The translations under genes and the position numbers were made by a program. This document shows positions 1-17,489 of a stretch of 64,000 nt of DNA, piece by piece. This DNA comes from Octopus vulgaris (lineage: Eukaryota), in the NCBI GenBank assembly GCA_951406725.2, contig OX597835.1, positions 49,042,001 to 49,106,000 on the forward strand, written 5' to 3'. The notes beneath the pieces are model-generated. The model saw nothing but the letters and a program-made list of their open reading frames with translations, had not been told where the DNA came from and searched no databases. Each line of letters starts with the position of its first letter. Position 1 is the first letter of the stretch.

Positions 1-172
1 ATTTCGCCCGGCCTGTTAACGACTCTGCTAGCTCACCGTCATAATAATAATAATGATAATAATAATAATAATAATAATCTTTTCAACTAAAGGCACAAGG
101 CTTGAAATATTTGAGGAAGGGCCAAGTCGATTACATTAAATCCGTACTCAACTGGTACTTATTTCCTCGACC
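1..172 (-). mobile_element. Fragments of tRNA-derived SINE family A (Deu/Nin-type core), split by (AAT)n
   Basis: 1-40 is the reverse complement of the family A head (compare 24463 ggcgagctggcagaaacgttagcacgccgggcgaaat); 78-172 matches the reverse complement of the core/tail (aactggtacttattt..cgaccc). Confidence 0.7.
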
Positions 173-444
173 CTCTCGCTATGCGGTTTTTTTTCTCTCT
201 TTCCGCATGCTAATGACTCCACCAGTCCGCCATCGGTGCTCATTCATTCGTACAACATCCGCTTATGAAAGGTTTTCTCAGCGTTTAGGGTTAAGCAAGC
301 TTGGTTAAACGTTAAAAAGAACGTTATTTTAAAAACTGCTTTTGATGGGATTAGATGAACTGAGAATCGAACCATATTTCGAAGTCCCAGTCAACACGAT
401 TTTCATAAAAAAACATGATTAGGTGGAAAATAATAATAATAATG

Positions 445-491
<47 letters not shown>

Positions 492-570
492 CTGTGGGTG
501 TGGCAAGATTGTTATACGATATGGAAAAGCATTAAAACATATACACAATGCGAATGCATAGAAGAATATA

Positions 571-733
571 GGTGCAGACGTGACTATCTGGTAAGAAGTT
601 GGCTTCTTAAGCACAAGGTTCCGGGTTCAGTTTCACTATGAAGAACCTTGATTGAGTGTCGTCTACTATAGCTTCGGGCCGCCCAAAGCCTTGTGAATGG
701 ATTAGGTAAACGGAAACTGAAAGAAACCTGTTG
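571..733 (+). mobile_element. tRNA-derived SINE family B, 5' half
   Basis: A-box/B-box-like head (tggtaagaag..ggttcagt) plus aaagccttgtgaatggat..ggaaactgaaagaaacctg, shared with many copies; runs into (ATGT)n/(GT)n. Confidence 0.8.
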
Positions 734-758
734 TATGTATGTATGTATGTATGTATGT

Positions 759-811
<53 letters not shown>

Positions 812-1233
812 AGCAAACATGCTAGAGTTTAGTAATGTTGGGTTCATACAAATATTGGGTCGTAGTTTCGGTTCCTTGACTAATTATTTTTTGTTAAGTC
901 TGCTGTCTATTTGCAAAATCAGAGACTGGAAAGTAACTGATATTCTGTGGATCGTAGCAGAAAGTTTTGGCAGGAATACAGCAACCGAACGTCTTCCACT
1001 GAAGAAGTGCGGTAGACTGAAATGAGGTCATCTGGTAATTCCGGCACCCATACCAGATGATTCTCGTCTGCTACGATATATCTGTACCTTTATGCACCAT
1101 GCATCTATGTGAAAAGTCTTTTCAAAACGAATACCGCAGTATTCAGTGTTCTAACAAGACATCCACAACAAGTTAGATATAAACATTGTCTTTTGATACT
1201 AATACTATTTCTGCCACTTATAATTACATATAT

Positions 1234-1333
<100 letters not shown>

Positions 1334-1347
1334 ATATATATAAATAT

Positions 1348-3452
<2,105 letters not shown>

Positions 3453-3458
3453 CATATA

Positions 3459-4254
3459 TGAGGGGTGCTGGAAAATTCCTGGCTTTGGGTAGAAGGAAAT
3501 ACAGGAGGATCAGCTAATTATGAATTTTGTGCAACATATCCCCCCCCCCCTCTCAGATTCCTACACTTATTGCAGCGTTCCAGCAAACCCAGACTGGATG
3601 TCGTTTTCCGGAAGCGAGTCGAGGACCTTCTGCGATTCGCTCTGGATTTCGACCACGGTGTTAAAACACCGGCCTTTGAGTTGCATTTTCACCTTGGGCC
3701 AAATCTAGCGAATAGGGTGGATTCAGAAGGGTGGATACCATGTTGTATACTCGCGAGAAACTCGCGAGTGAAGAGAGCCCAGTGACATAGGTGCACTGTT
3801 GTCGCGAGGAATCTAATTCTTCGCGATCTTCAGACCTGGTCACTTTCACCGAATGTCCTCCCTCAATCGCTTCAAAACCTTCCATTGACCGTCTCCATGC
3901 ACAATATCATATTTCTGTGGGTGACTAAGCGGCCGGACTTTCTGATCGCTCGTCATCTTCCAGGGACTTTCTTCCGCTTTTGAAGCGTCCGTGCCGTACG
4001 ACCCATTGACTCGTTGACGTAAGCTTGCCGAAGCATGTCTCTGCAGCAGACCTCCAAAGGCCCTCTCAATGACAAATCGCAAACTACAGCATACACGTCA
4101 TAACAAAAACACTACAACTTGCGAAGTAAACACAGCCATGCCACCCGGCACACTGCCTCATGAAGGTCACTGCAAACTTTCATTGCGTACGCAATAGTGT
4201 GCTGCCATCTGTTGGCATCTACAGAACTAGTCCGAGTACTTTTGGATACTAACT

Positions 4255-4256
<2 letters not shown>
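3459..4256 (-). mobile_element. Degenerate mariner-type DNA transposon remnant
   Basis: Minus-strand peptide LLNPPYSLDLAQ (mariner HPPYSPDLAP motif). The ends are mariner-style (tgaggggtgctggaaaattcc / revcomp caagttagtatccaaaagtactc) within TA-rich flanks but match each other poorly. Confidence 0.7.
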
Positions 4257-4333
<77 letters not shown>

Positions 4334-4509
4334 CGTTCCAGCTTCACGGATGATTACCACTTGTTTGTGTTTTCTCATTATCAGCGGCGTTTCTGATTTT
4401 CCGTTGATGTGTCCTCTCAGATGAAAAACTCAGTCCCGTTGCAAATCTGCGTCGTATATATATTATATAAATATATATTATATATATATATATTTATATA
4501 TATATATTA

Positions 4510-4575
<66 letters not shown>

Positions 4576-5179
4576 CACGACTGTTTTATAGCCAGCTACT
4601 TACCACACGACTACCGCTATGTATATGTATATATATGTACATATGTAAGAACCATATAACACGAGAATGGCGAATATCGATTGTTTTTGCACGACACAGC
4701 ACCTTTAGACTGCTGACTTTATGTCAATATACCATTAGACAAGACTATTCATTATAATCATCATCATATAGTTAAATACTTTTCGGCAGCGACTGTATGG
4801 GGGCGCTTAATCGGGTAAAGTACGATTAAGAACTCTTGAATGTTTCTGAATATCTTACTGTAAGATGACATTTGGTAACCAAAATAACATAATAAGAACT
4901 CTTAAATGCACATAATTATAAGCAGGATCCAATAGAATCGATGTAATTTAACAATAAGGACGAAACAGCTGTAGTGAACCTCCGTCCATCCGTGTTATTG
5001 TGTGTGTGTGTGTGTAGATATATACTTACACGTATACATATGTATATCCGTGTGTGCATTGTTGCCAGAAAATGCTAAGGCTAAGGCTAATTATTTTACA
5101 GATGAGCGTGTGTGCATGTATATGTATGTGTATGTGCTTGCGTGTGAGTTGCATGTTTGCGAGTGACACAATTTATTAT

Positions 5180-5229
<50 letters not shown>

Positions 5230-6744
5230 ACATTAAAGATTTTTTGAAAAGTAAAAAGCGCGGTATGATATCATAACTGTGCAATATATAACATTATAAC
5301 ACAGCAACTTCATCGTACGGAAAGCGTTTAGATGAAGGTTTCTAATCCCAGGAGAGCAATTCTTCAAGCTGCCCTACACTTTGCCAAAAATAAATGAAAG
5401 AATGAATAAGTAAATAAATAAATAAGTAAATAAACAAACAAACGAATAAATAACTAAATAAACGAGATTATTCTCTCGAATGGAACGTGGCGGCTGGATC
5501 ATATTGCAAGAAAACCTTACCTAGTTCACTCGTAATAACTTTCTGAAAGGTTTGACCTCTGAAACTTAATTTTCTCTCGACGGCAGAGTACAGGCGCTAA
5601 TTTGGTGTCGCTTTCATTCACGGTGGCGGTGGTGGTGGTGGTGGTGGTGGTGGTGGTGGTGGTGGTGGTGGTGGTGGTGGTTGGTTGGTTATGGACGCAG
5701 CATTAAAGGTTGGCAGTTAGGGTTTAGTATATGAGGTTTGGGGTGGGTGGGGGTGAGGGTTAGGGTGAGGGTAGTGGATGATCTTCGAGGTGGTTGCTAC
5801 ACTTGCCCGTTGTTTGTGGATGCGTGTGTCTCTGTTTACAGATATGTGTGTACTTATATATCATTACATATGTGTATGTGCGCATATTAACTCGGTGGCA
5901 CGTATTCAGGACTTTTCCCTATAAATATATATATATATATATATATGTACAATGTGTGTGTGTAAGTGTGTAAGTGTGTGTGAACAACACATGTATGTAT
6001 GTTTTCACTGTGTGTAATTCTACATACGTGTATGTGTATTTCTTATACGCGGGTGAATTTATAAATGTATGTATGTGTCGAATGTATAAATGAATGTATA
6101 AAAGCATGCTTATGCGGGAGCGTTCTTCATGTTGTCATAACCCTATTCTAAGCAACAGCATAGGGCTACAGTCTCAACAATAGTATGTGGTTATATGATC
6201 AATAGTACAGGGCTATACGCTACACAATTGTAAATGGCAACATCCCAAGCAACAGTGTAAAGTGTTACCAGCTGCATTGCAGAAGTTTTTAGCAGAGGTC
6301 TTTACTATCGTCAATTTACTATATTGTTATTCTACGTCTAATAAACTGACCTGCCAACCTTATATATATATATATATATATATATAAATATACCATATAT
6401 GTAGGCATTTATGTATGTAGGTATTTATGTTTGTATGTATGTAAGTATGTATGTGTGTAGGTATTTATGTATGTACGTATGCATGTATGTATACATGTAT
6501 GTATGTATGTATGTATGTATGTATGTATGTATGTATGTGTGTATGTATGTATGTAGGTGTAGGTAGGCAGGTAGGTAGGTAGGTAGGTAGGTAGGTAGGT
6601 AGGTATAACACCTAATAACTTATAAACAACCAATTATTAAAGGTCAGAAATTTTTCAGAAAAGCCATTTTTATTCATTTTTTCAAATATATAATACTGTA
6701 CCAAGGATTTTCTATTTCTTAATCTACTATATATATATATACAT

Positions 6745-6831
<87 letters not shown>

Positions 6832-6932
6832 TATCCCTTACTTCAGTTAGATAAAGTGTAGCTCCTGCCGCTTCTACTATTGTTGATTATACGACAATTC
6901 CTTTAGCTTTAATTGTTTCCTTCCAATTCCAG

Positions 6933-7069
6933 ATTTAAAGATAACCTCTGTGCCCAGCGGCGACAACAACAAGAAAAGCTAGCTGAGAAAATTATGGAAG
7001 AAGCCAAACAAAGGCAGGCTGAGTTAGCTGCCTCTGGTGTCATAACAAATGGGACAACATCACAGCCTG
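6933..7069 (+). CDS. Internal coding exon of an unidentified host gene (coiled-coil-like segment)
   Basis: Polypyrimidine tract and acceptor ttgtttccttccaattccag, donor G|gtaagt. 137 nt, open in phase 2 to phase 1: FKDNLCAQRRQQQEKLAEKIMEEAKQRQAELAASGVITNGTTSQP. Unique, non-repetitive sequence. Confidence 0.8.
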
Positions 7070-7088
7070 GTAAGTGAAATTAGACACA

Positions 7089-7816
7089 CAAGGTGCATTC
7101 CAGAAGTTTTGAGACTTTTTTCAGAGAAGCAGTCATAATTCGACAGTTATTGTAGTGTTACTGTATCTTCACTGTGCATCTAATAAGCTGACCTGCCAAC
7201 GTTTTTACTCTAGGGTTAAGGAGATGACAGTGAGAGCAGTTTGAATGCACCCTGTTAAACACTGCTTGTCACAGCTGACTAATTTTTAGAATGCAATCGG
7301 AACGTGAAGGCAAATTCGAAGCTCGATATGCATTAGAATTTTGTGTCAATCCAGGCAAAGATCGTAGAGACATTTGTGAAATACTCCAGATTGCTTATGG
7401 ATTAATTTGTATGAGCCGAACATCTGTTTTTCGCTGGCACAAGAGGCCAGGCAAAATAAGTCCAGCGAGAAACTCATGAGGATCCATTTTTTCCACAGCA
7501 ATGGCATCATCTACATGGAACGGGTTCCCTCTGGCCTGAGCGTGAGTTCATGAAGAGACTTCGCCGCAAAAGGCCATAGCACCGGCACCAGTACAAGGCA
7601 CCGGTCTATAATTCAATCCTGATAACCACGTACTTGGCAGAGAGGGACATCAAAACTGTCTCACCCCACCTACAGTCCAGACCTTGCTCTCTGTGAAATT
7701 TGGTTATTCCTCTGGCTGATTGAGAAGATGAAGGAGGCTGTGACACGTTTTGTACTTCTTTGAAATTAATCACCATCTCTCCTGAAAAAGTATCAAAACT
7801 TCTGGAATGCATCTTG
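7089..7816 (+). mobile_element. Internally deleted mariner element with TIRs
   Basis: TIRs caaggtgcattccagaagttttgagacttttt / aaaaagtatcaaaacttctggaatgcatcttg|ta; N-terminal HTH ORF 7291-7479 (RYALEFC..LQIAYG..MSRTSVFRWHKR) and a YSPDLA remnant near 7670. Confidence 0.88.
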
Positions 7817-7904
7817 TACGCGTTGGCTATGCACAAAATAATAGTATTGGGGTCATTCTATTGCTAACCCTTAATGTAGGATTACATGTTAATCAACTGA
7901 AGTC

Positions 7905-8110
7905 CTTTATCTTTTATTTCGTACTTGTTTCACTCATTAGACAGTGGCCATGCTGGCGCATCGTCTTTAATGAGTTCAGTCGAGAGAATCGTCTTAGAAC
8001 ATTTACTTTTTAGATTTTGCCTACTTATTCTATTGTCCTATTTTGACGAACAACTAAGTTACATGGATATAAACAAACCAACACTTCCTGTCAAGCGGTG
8101 ATAGAGGACA
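7905..8110 (-). mobile_element. SINE family B, 3' half (degenerate)
   Basis: Reverse complement of the tail (cttgtttcactcattagacagtggccatgctgg) and of the tgacaacc..aacttag segment. Confidence 0.65.
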
Positions 8111-8299
8111 CACACGCGCGCGCGCACATAGAATTTGAGGGGGTTTAGTTCACTGGTGATCCAAACAAATAGGTACGCTGAGTAAGTGCCATAATTGGTC
8201 TTCCGTTAGGTTCCGAACTCATTGCTGAGGCTGGAGCTAGGGACTTGTATTAGGTTTCCATGTTAGCAGGTGTACATTAGAAGAAAAGGCCGTCAAAAC

Positions 8300-8588
8300 C
8301 AAGGCAGGATGAGTGTGTCAAGTCATTTATGATAATTTAATTTGGGTAAGGTTAATTTGAAGTCTTACAGCTGTTTCTGGGGTGTTCCAAGTGATAGGCT
8401 AGCATGTCTGTACCCTGGGTATTCCGCCATCAAAGTCAAGGTGAGTATGTATGAAAGTTCTAGACGGGGAAATTCACAGTTTATAAGGGATAAAATAGAA
8501 GAATAAAGTGTAAAAGTAGACATAAGGATACAGGCAGGAGTTGGTCCATACTTCTGTGAAGGAATAGGCCTTTAGGTATAATGCCATG
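8300..8588 (-). mobile_element. PLE 3' end remnant with degenerate long-stem-II hammerhead (8362-8437)
   Basis: Minus strand: IIPKGL (resembles PLE terminal PxGLN), then gact TTGATGG..long stem II..GAAACAGCTGTA agac. Confidence 0.55.
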
Positions 8589-8632
8589 AACATACATACA
8601 AACACACACACACACACACATACACACACATA

Positions 8633-8709
<77 letters not shown>

Positions 8710-8711
<2 letters not shown>

Positions 8712-8880
8712 ACGACAGGCTTCTTTCAATTTCCGCCAGCCAAATCCACTAACAAGGCTTTGGTTGGCCTGGCGGGGCTATTTTAGGGGCCACTTAATCC
8801 AAAGTGTTTCGCAGAGTAACTCGATCCGGAGCAATGTAATAAAGACGCAAGCTTCTTACCGCACAGCCACGCCTGCGCCT
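8710..8880 (-). mobile_element. SINE family B, 5' half
   Basis: Reverse complement of aggcgcaggcgtggctgtgcggtaagaagcttgc..ggaaattgaaagaagcctgtcgta. Confidence 0.8.
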
Positions 8881-9087
8881 AGGGTTATATATTTGTTACA
8901 CAAACACAAACGAAATCTCCCTTTCTATCTATCTCTCTCTTTCTCTCTTTCTCTCCTTTTATCTCTCTTTTTTCTCTCTTTCTCTCTCCTTCCTCTCTCT
9001 CTCTTACTCTCTCTCTCTCTTTCTTTCTCTCCCTTTCCTTCACTGTCTATTCCTGAAACTTCTCCTTTCGACTTTAATTCTTCCCTC

Positions 9088-9520
9088 GGTGCAGGCGTGG
9101 CCGTGTGGTAAGAAGCTTGCTTCCCAGTCGCAGGGTTTCGGTTTCAATCACACTATGTGACACATTCTTCTATAGCTTCGGACCATCGAAAGCCTTGTCA
9201 GTGAATTTGGTAGACGGAAACTGAGAGAAACCTGTCGTATATGTGTGCGTGCGGGAGGGTACATGTATATGTGTGCGTGCGTGTGTGTGTGCACATGTCT
9301 ATGTGTGCTTGTGTGTATGTGTGTCTGTGTTTGTCCCCCGTTCAACCGTTTGACAACCAGTAACTTAGTGGATCAGCACAGAGCACCGATAAAATAAGTA
9401 CCAGGCTTTGCCAAGAAACACTTACTACTCCGGACCATAAGTTCGACTAAAATTCTTCAAGGTGGTGCTCCAGAATGGCTGCGGTCTGATGTATGAAACA
9501 AGTAAAAGATAAAAGATAAA
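9088..9520 (+). mobile_element. SINE family B, full-length with internal microsatellite
   Basis: Head ggtgcaggcgtggccgtgtggtaagaagcttgc, internal (GT)-rich tract, tail ggtggtgctccagaatggctgcggtc..gaaacaagtaaaaga. Confidence 0.85.
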
Positions 9521-10046
9521 TTCTCGATACTGATTGTTTTTAGCCCCCCCCCCTCTCCAGACGGCTCCGATTGTAAAGATCGATAAAACCATTGATCGCT
9601 ATGTCATCTGGTTGTGTTTTGTCTTTAGTTTTATGTCAAACATGATCCAGGTTACTATAATCAAAGACATCTTGGTTGTGCAGGGACCAGCGAAGCAGGG
9701 CAAAGATATTCCATATCCGAGATGTTATGGAGAGAATGATGCGCTGATGAGATCGTGAAGGTTTCGTTATCCAGTGGATGTGGAAACTGATATTTTGTAT
9801 ATGAGGTTATGGTGAGAGTGCTGTGCTGATGACGTTATAAGGGGACGTTATCCGGGGGATAAGGAAAGCATATTTTATAGGTCATATTGTGCCGAGAATA
9901 ATGTATAGTTGTAACGTTTTTCTTTTGTGCACATGTGAAAGAAATGGTATGCAGATGAGGCCTTAAGCGGCCCGTTATCCAGAAACTTGTGAAACCGTGA
10001 TATTTTGTGTGTGTGTTGTGCAGGTGTAATTGGGAAGGTGACAATA

Positions 10047-10213
10047 GATGTAGGCATGACCGGACGCTTAAGAGGCTCGCTTTGCAACCATACGGTCTTA
10101 GGGTCAGTCCTACTGCATGGCTCCTTGAGTAAGTGCATTCTACTATAGCCCCGGACCGATGAATGGCTTTTGTATGAATTTCGTAAATAAAAACTGTATG
10201 GAAGCCTGTCGTA
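10047..10213 (+). mobile_element. SINE family B, 5' half (diverged)
   Basis: ccttgagtaagtgcattctactatagccccggaccga..gaagcctgtcgta. Confidence 0.65.
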
Positions 10214-10549
10214 TGTGTGTTTGTGTAAGTATGCGTATGCTGTATATATTTTAACTGTTATATGTGTGACATTGTGTTCGGTTCAAATACCGTATTGGGT
10301 AGCATACGACCGCTTTTTCCACTGCCGAATGTCAACTTCATTGTACCATTAAAAATAATGTTTCCCTTCAACTTTGTTTTTTTACCACCGTTCTTTGTCT
10401 GGCTTCGTTCAAGCTAAGTTTTGGACATTTTTTGCCGAAATATTAGCTATAAACAATCTTTATATAAAGTGAAGGATATAAATTGTGCAAAAACAACCTG
10501 TACTATTTGTCCTTTTTTTAATTCATTTCACATGTAAATACATACATAT

Positions 10550-10603
<54 letters not shown>

Positions 10604-10824
10604 GTATAAAAGGCACACACATACACGCACACACAATTGCGCCAGGAGAATCTGATCCGGCTGACGTCTACGAAGTGATTCTATGGCACGACCGAAATGA
10701 ACTGAGAAGAATGGCCCAGACCAAGAATAATTTTGCCATGTCTTCGAGTATAAATAATCTTTCGAATAAGAATTCCTCATATTACAACAAATAATAACAC
10801 CAACAAAACAACAACAACAACAAC

Positions 10825-10864
<40 letters not shown>

Positions 10865-11323
10865 GCAGTAGTAATAATAATAATTGGTAGAAGTGACGGA
10901 GTTGAGAGTTCAAGGGAGGATGGTAGTAAGGGTGGTGGGTCAGGGTAGCAAGGGAGGTAATGTTAAGGAAGTTAGAATGGCGGGGTGGGAGGTGTAACCC
11001 GAATTATGTTTATGAGAAAGATAAAACAAAAAAGGAAAAAGAATTGAAAAAGGAAAACAGCCAAAGCGTTTGACAATTAATCACACAAGTGTTATACAAT
11101 ACCTACAACGGTGTTAAATGTATGCGAATGTGTGTGTGTGTGAGTGTGTGTGTGTGTGTGTGTGTGGTTGCGCTTCTGTGAAATACTGACTATTATTTCT
11201 GCGTATGACTATGCGTGTGTTTATGCGTATAAGTGTATGTGAGCGTTCCAGTGTGTTGTTTGCCTGAAAGCTTGCTGTCACTTTCTCATGTGTGTATGAG
11301 TGTGTGTAGTGTGTATATGTATG

Positions 11324-12420
<1,097 letters not shown>

Positions 12421-12964
12421 ATACATACGTACATACATACATACATACATACATACATACATACATACATACATACATACACACATACATACATACATAC
12501 ATACAAACATACATGCATACATACATACATACATACATACATACATACATACATACATACATACATACATACATACATACATACAGATATATATATAACA
12601 AAGTAAAGTTGTAAGGTACTGCACGAGGGGAGATATATATGAAAGAAGGTTTGAAAATGCAATTTTAAAAGGTGTTTATTCACTTGACCGGTTTCACTTT
12701 TTTTAGAAAAAACATTGACAAAAGTAAATTGTAAAGCTTTGTATATAAGCTTTGTTGTGTTAAGTCTTGGTTGTCACAAAAGTATTAAAATACAGATATA
12801 CAGTCTTTGATAATAATAAGAAAATGTTAAAAACAGTTTGAAGAACGTATTTAAGAAGGTATTCAACAAAAAGTATTAAGAATTCAATAAAAATCTTCTG
12901 ACACAAGACAGAAACAGTCAGAAAGACAGGTCAGTTCCTTTTGTAAATTTTTAAATATATCTCC

Positions 12965-13672
<708 letters not shown>

Positions 13673-13679
13673 ATATATA

Positions 13680-13946
13680 TTACGGAAATGTACTTGCATA
13701 GCGAGTGACTTCATCTGAGATCGTGTGCTTGAACGAAAACAATTGCAGCGTGGAAGGTGTTTATATGCCATTTAAGAAACACACAAAACCGTTAGATTCA
13801 CTTGAACATTTAAATTGAATTTGTCAAAATATTTTCGTCGCTTTGAGACGGCGACCTGTTCACTGACAAAATATCGTGCTGCACGATGTTTTGAATCTAA
13901 CGGTTTTGTGTGTTTCTTAAATGGCTTATAAACACCTTCCACGCTA

Positions 13947-13950
<4 letters not shown>
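13680..13950 (-). mobile_element. PLE-type terminal repeat with inverted arms enclosing a G3-C8 variant hammerhead
   Basis: Inverted arms 13747-13800 / 13892-13945; HHR 13820-13870; downstream motif ttcaagcacacga shared with the elements at 38440 and 54291. Confidence 0.7.
13820..13870 (-). ncRNA. Type-I hammerhead ribozyme, G3-C8 swapped core
   Basis: tttgtca GTGAACA g gtcgc-cgtctcaaa-gcgac GAA AATATT T tgacaaa: 7-bp stem I, 5-bp stem II, palindromic stem III. Confidence 0.72.
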
Positions 13951-14012
<62 letters not shown>

Positions 14013-14351
14013 TATAGATATATAGAGATTTAGATTTAGATATATATACTACCAAACAAACATGATTTTTATTTAAATACTTCAAACTGTTTTTAACATT
14101 TCCTTATTATTATCAATGTATGTATGTAAGTATGTATGAATGTGTGAGAAGGATGCATATGTAGATAAATGGATAAGTAGATAGGTATACACACACACAA
14201 TTATACATCATACTTATATATATATAGACGATCTGCTTCTCGACTGAAGACTGAAAGCTCCGAATGACCCTTCATTGTTTAATCCTGTCCTTTGTTGTAT
14301 CACCTACTGTCCGAATGTTTCCTTATCGCCTGTTATGTTTTGATTTTATAT

Positions 14352-14414
<63 letters not shown>

Positions 14415-14496
14415 CATACATATATACATACATACAAACATACATACATACATACATACATACATACATACATACATACATACATACATACATACA

Positions 14497-14529
<33 letters not shown>

Positions 14530-14544
14530 TTATGTATCAAAGTC

Positions 14545-14785
14545 TCAAATTCCTTGCAGAGCAATGGGTTCAGAATGCCGCCAGGTCATTTTCGGGGTTC
14601 TGCGGCGTGTATATCCCTCCGTTCCTCCTGTACGAGACACATGTCAATCGCACGGTTCCTTATTTTTGCCAGCTGAGTGGAATGGAGCAATGTAAAATGA
14701 AATACCTTGCTGAAGAGCACGACATACCGCCGGAACCACAATCTTACTATTTATGAGTGCAATACCCTAAGTACCGGTCCACACG
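14545..14785 (-). mobile_element. SINE family D (degenerate)
   Basis: Reverse complement of the core gtgctcttcagcaaggtatttcattttacattgctccattccactcagctgg, similar to 31608 and 45855. Confidence 0.6.
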
Positions 14786-15252
14786 ATTCTACACATATAT
14801 ACATACACGCAAATGTGTGTGTATGTGTGTGAGTGTTTGTGTGTGTATATGTACAAATATATACACACATACACCTATATATATATATATACATACACAC
14901 GCACACAAGAACATATACACACGTGCATGTGGAAGTTTGAGTCCACATGTTTGTATGTAGTGTGATTGTATAAGTGCTGATATTGGGCTGAGTAAATATA
15001 CTTGAGTCTAAGACTATGTTAGTGATATTTCTTTAAAAGCATGTTTAATCATTTGAAATATTTCCGTCTTGTCACACGGTGTAAATATTTGAACTTCTCT
15101 ACGAAGATAAAATTACATATATATATACATAGACAAATTTATACACGCATGCATACACGCACATACACACACACACACACACAAATATGAACATATAAAC
15201 ACAGATATACACACGGTACACACATACGCAATATATATATGTATATACATAC

Positions 15253-15361
<109 letters not shown>

Positions 15362-15627
15362 ATAAATATTAGGAATAAATCAATTTAAGGAAAAATCAGA
15401 TTATATATATATATATATATATATATACATACTTAATCAATACATAAAAATTTTAATATATATATATATATATATATATCTGTTTTATTTACGTATATAT
15501 ATACATATGTGTACATATATGTATACATACATATATGTGTATGTGTATGTGTATAAATGTTTGTATGTATACGTATATGTGTATAAGCGTACATATATAT
15601 ATATATATTTATGTGTGTGTGTGTATA

Positions 15628-15962
15628 GTGGAGGCACAACGGCCCAGTGGTTAAGACAACGGACTCGCGGTCTTGGGAACGTGCTTTCGATTCCCAAACC
15701 GTGCGTTGTGAGTGTTTATTGAGCGAAAAGCTCCACGAGGTCCGGCAGGAGTTAGTGGTGAACCCTGCTGTACTCTTTCACCACAATTTTCTCTCACTCT
15801 TTCTTCCTGTTTCTGTCTTACCTGTATTTCAAAAGGTCAGCCTCGTCTCACTCTGTGTCATGCAGACTCTCCCTGAGATTAACTTGCACGTTAATTTTAC
15901 GAGCAGGCTGTTCCGTTGATCGGATCAACTGGAACCCTCGTCGTCGTAACCGACGGAGTGCC
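15628..15962 (+). mobile_element. tRNA-derived SINE family C
   Basis: gtggaggcacaacggcccagtggttaag..ttcgattccc head; collinear with the 30442-30830 copy; tail gtcgtaaccgacggagtgcc. Confidence 0.85.
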
Positions 15963-17099
15963 TCAAGATATATATATATATACATATATATATATACACG
16001 TGCGCGCGCTACTCAGACAAATTCGCACACAGACACACATATACAAATACATACGTCAGTATTATATGTGTGTATATAAACGCACACTCATGCATCCTCT
16101 CGCACACACACATACATACACTTACGCACACACATACACGTACACGCGCACACATATATTGATATTTGTGTGTCTATATATATAATATATAAACATATAC
16201 ACATACACATTTACTTTCATATATAATATTAATGCTAAAATTGTGTGTAAAATATGCTTGCCCGCGCATGCGTGCGCGCGCGTGTGTGTGTGCGTATAAA
16301 GTAATGTAGTATGTTAAATAACGAAGTATTAGTAGTAATAATCGGTTTGTTTGGTGTGAAAGATTAGTATATTTTCCTTTCTATCTCGTCTTTTTAATTT
16401 TTGTTGTTTTTTGTATGTTTATTTATTGTTCCTCACTCTCTCCCCCCCCTGTCACCCTTTTCTGGTTATTTATTTATTTCGCTTCTATTTACATATAAAT
16501 ATATGATTAAATGTCCTGTCTAATCCCAACTTGACACCTTGCCTGGGTGTGTCTGAGTGTAACTGTGTCAGCATACATTCACACATACACCTATATACAA
16601 GTATGTATACGTGTATACATAAATATGTGTATGTGTATGCATGCACACATATACGTGCACACACACACACACACACATACATACTCACACACATGTAAAT
16701 ATATAAATTGATAAGGAAAATGTATTGAAAGAATAAATGTTTATTTCATTAGCTGACAGCTGTTTCGTAATCTCTGATAGTTGCATAAGCGACGCTGCAT
16801 CATCCGTCAGCCATATAAAAATAAATATACATATTCTTACATATGAATATATACATATATATATAGAGAGAGGTGGGAGAAAGAGAGTGTGTGTAGATAG
16901 ATAGGTAGAATGATAGGTAGGTAGATAGGTAGGTAGGTAGGTATATTACTGTGCTGCAACATAACAAAAAGACTCCACGGCAGAACATCTCATGGCATGT
17001 TAAAATCCAAATTCTGGAGGTTATTTTACTTTGGAATGTTCTGAAGTGTAGCTTGTTCGTTATGCTACAGCACAGTTATATTTGTTTGTGTGCGTGTGC

Positions 17100-17489
<390 letters not shown>

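Noticed and set aside
5716-5772. Telomeric TTAGGG-like repeats
   Set aside because: Only two exact units in G-rich low-complexity sequence; not an array.
9740-9870. Two CTGATGA motifs as hammerheads
   Set aside because: No correctly placed GAAA/stem III partner.
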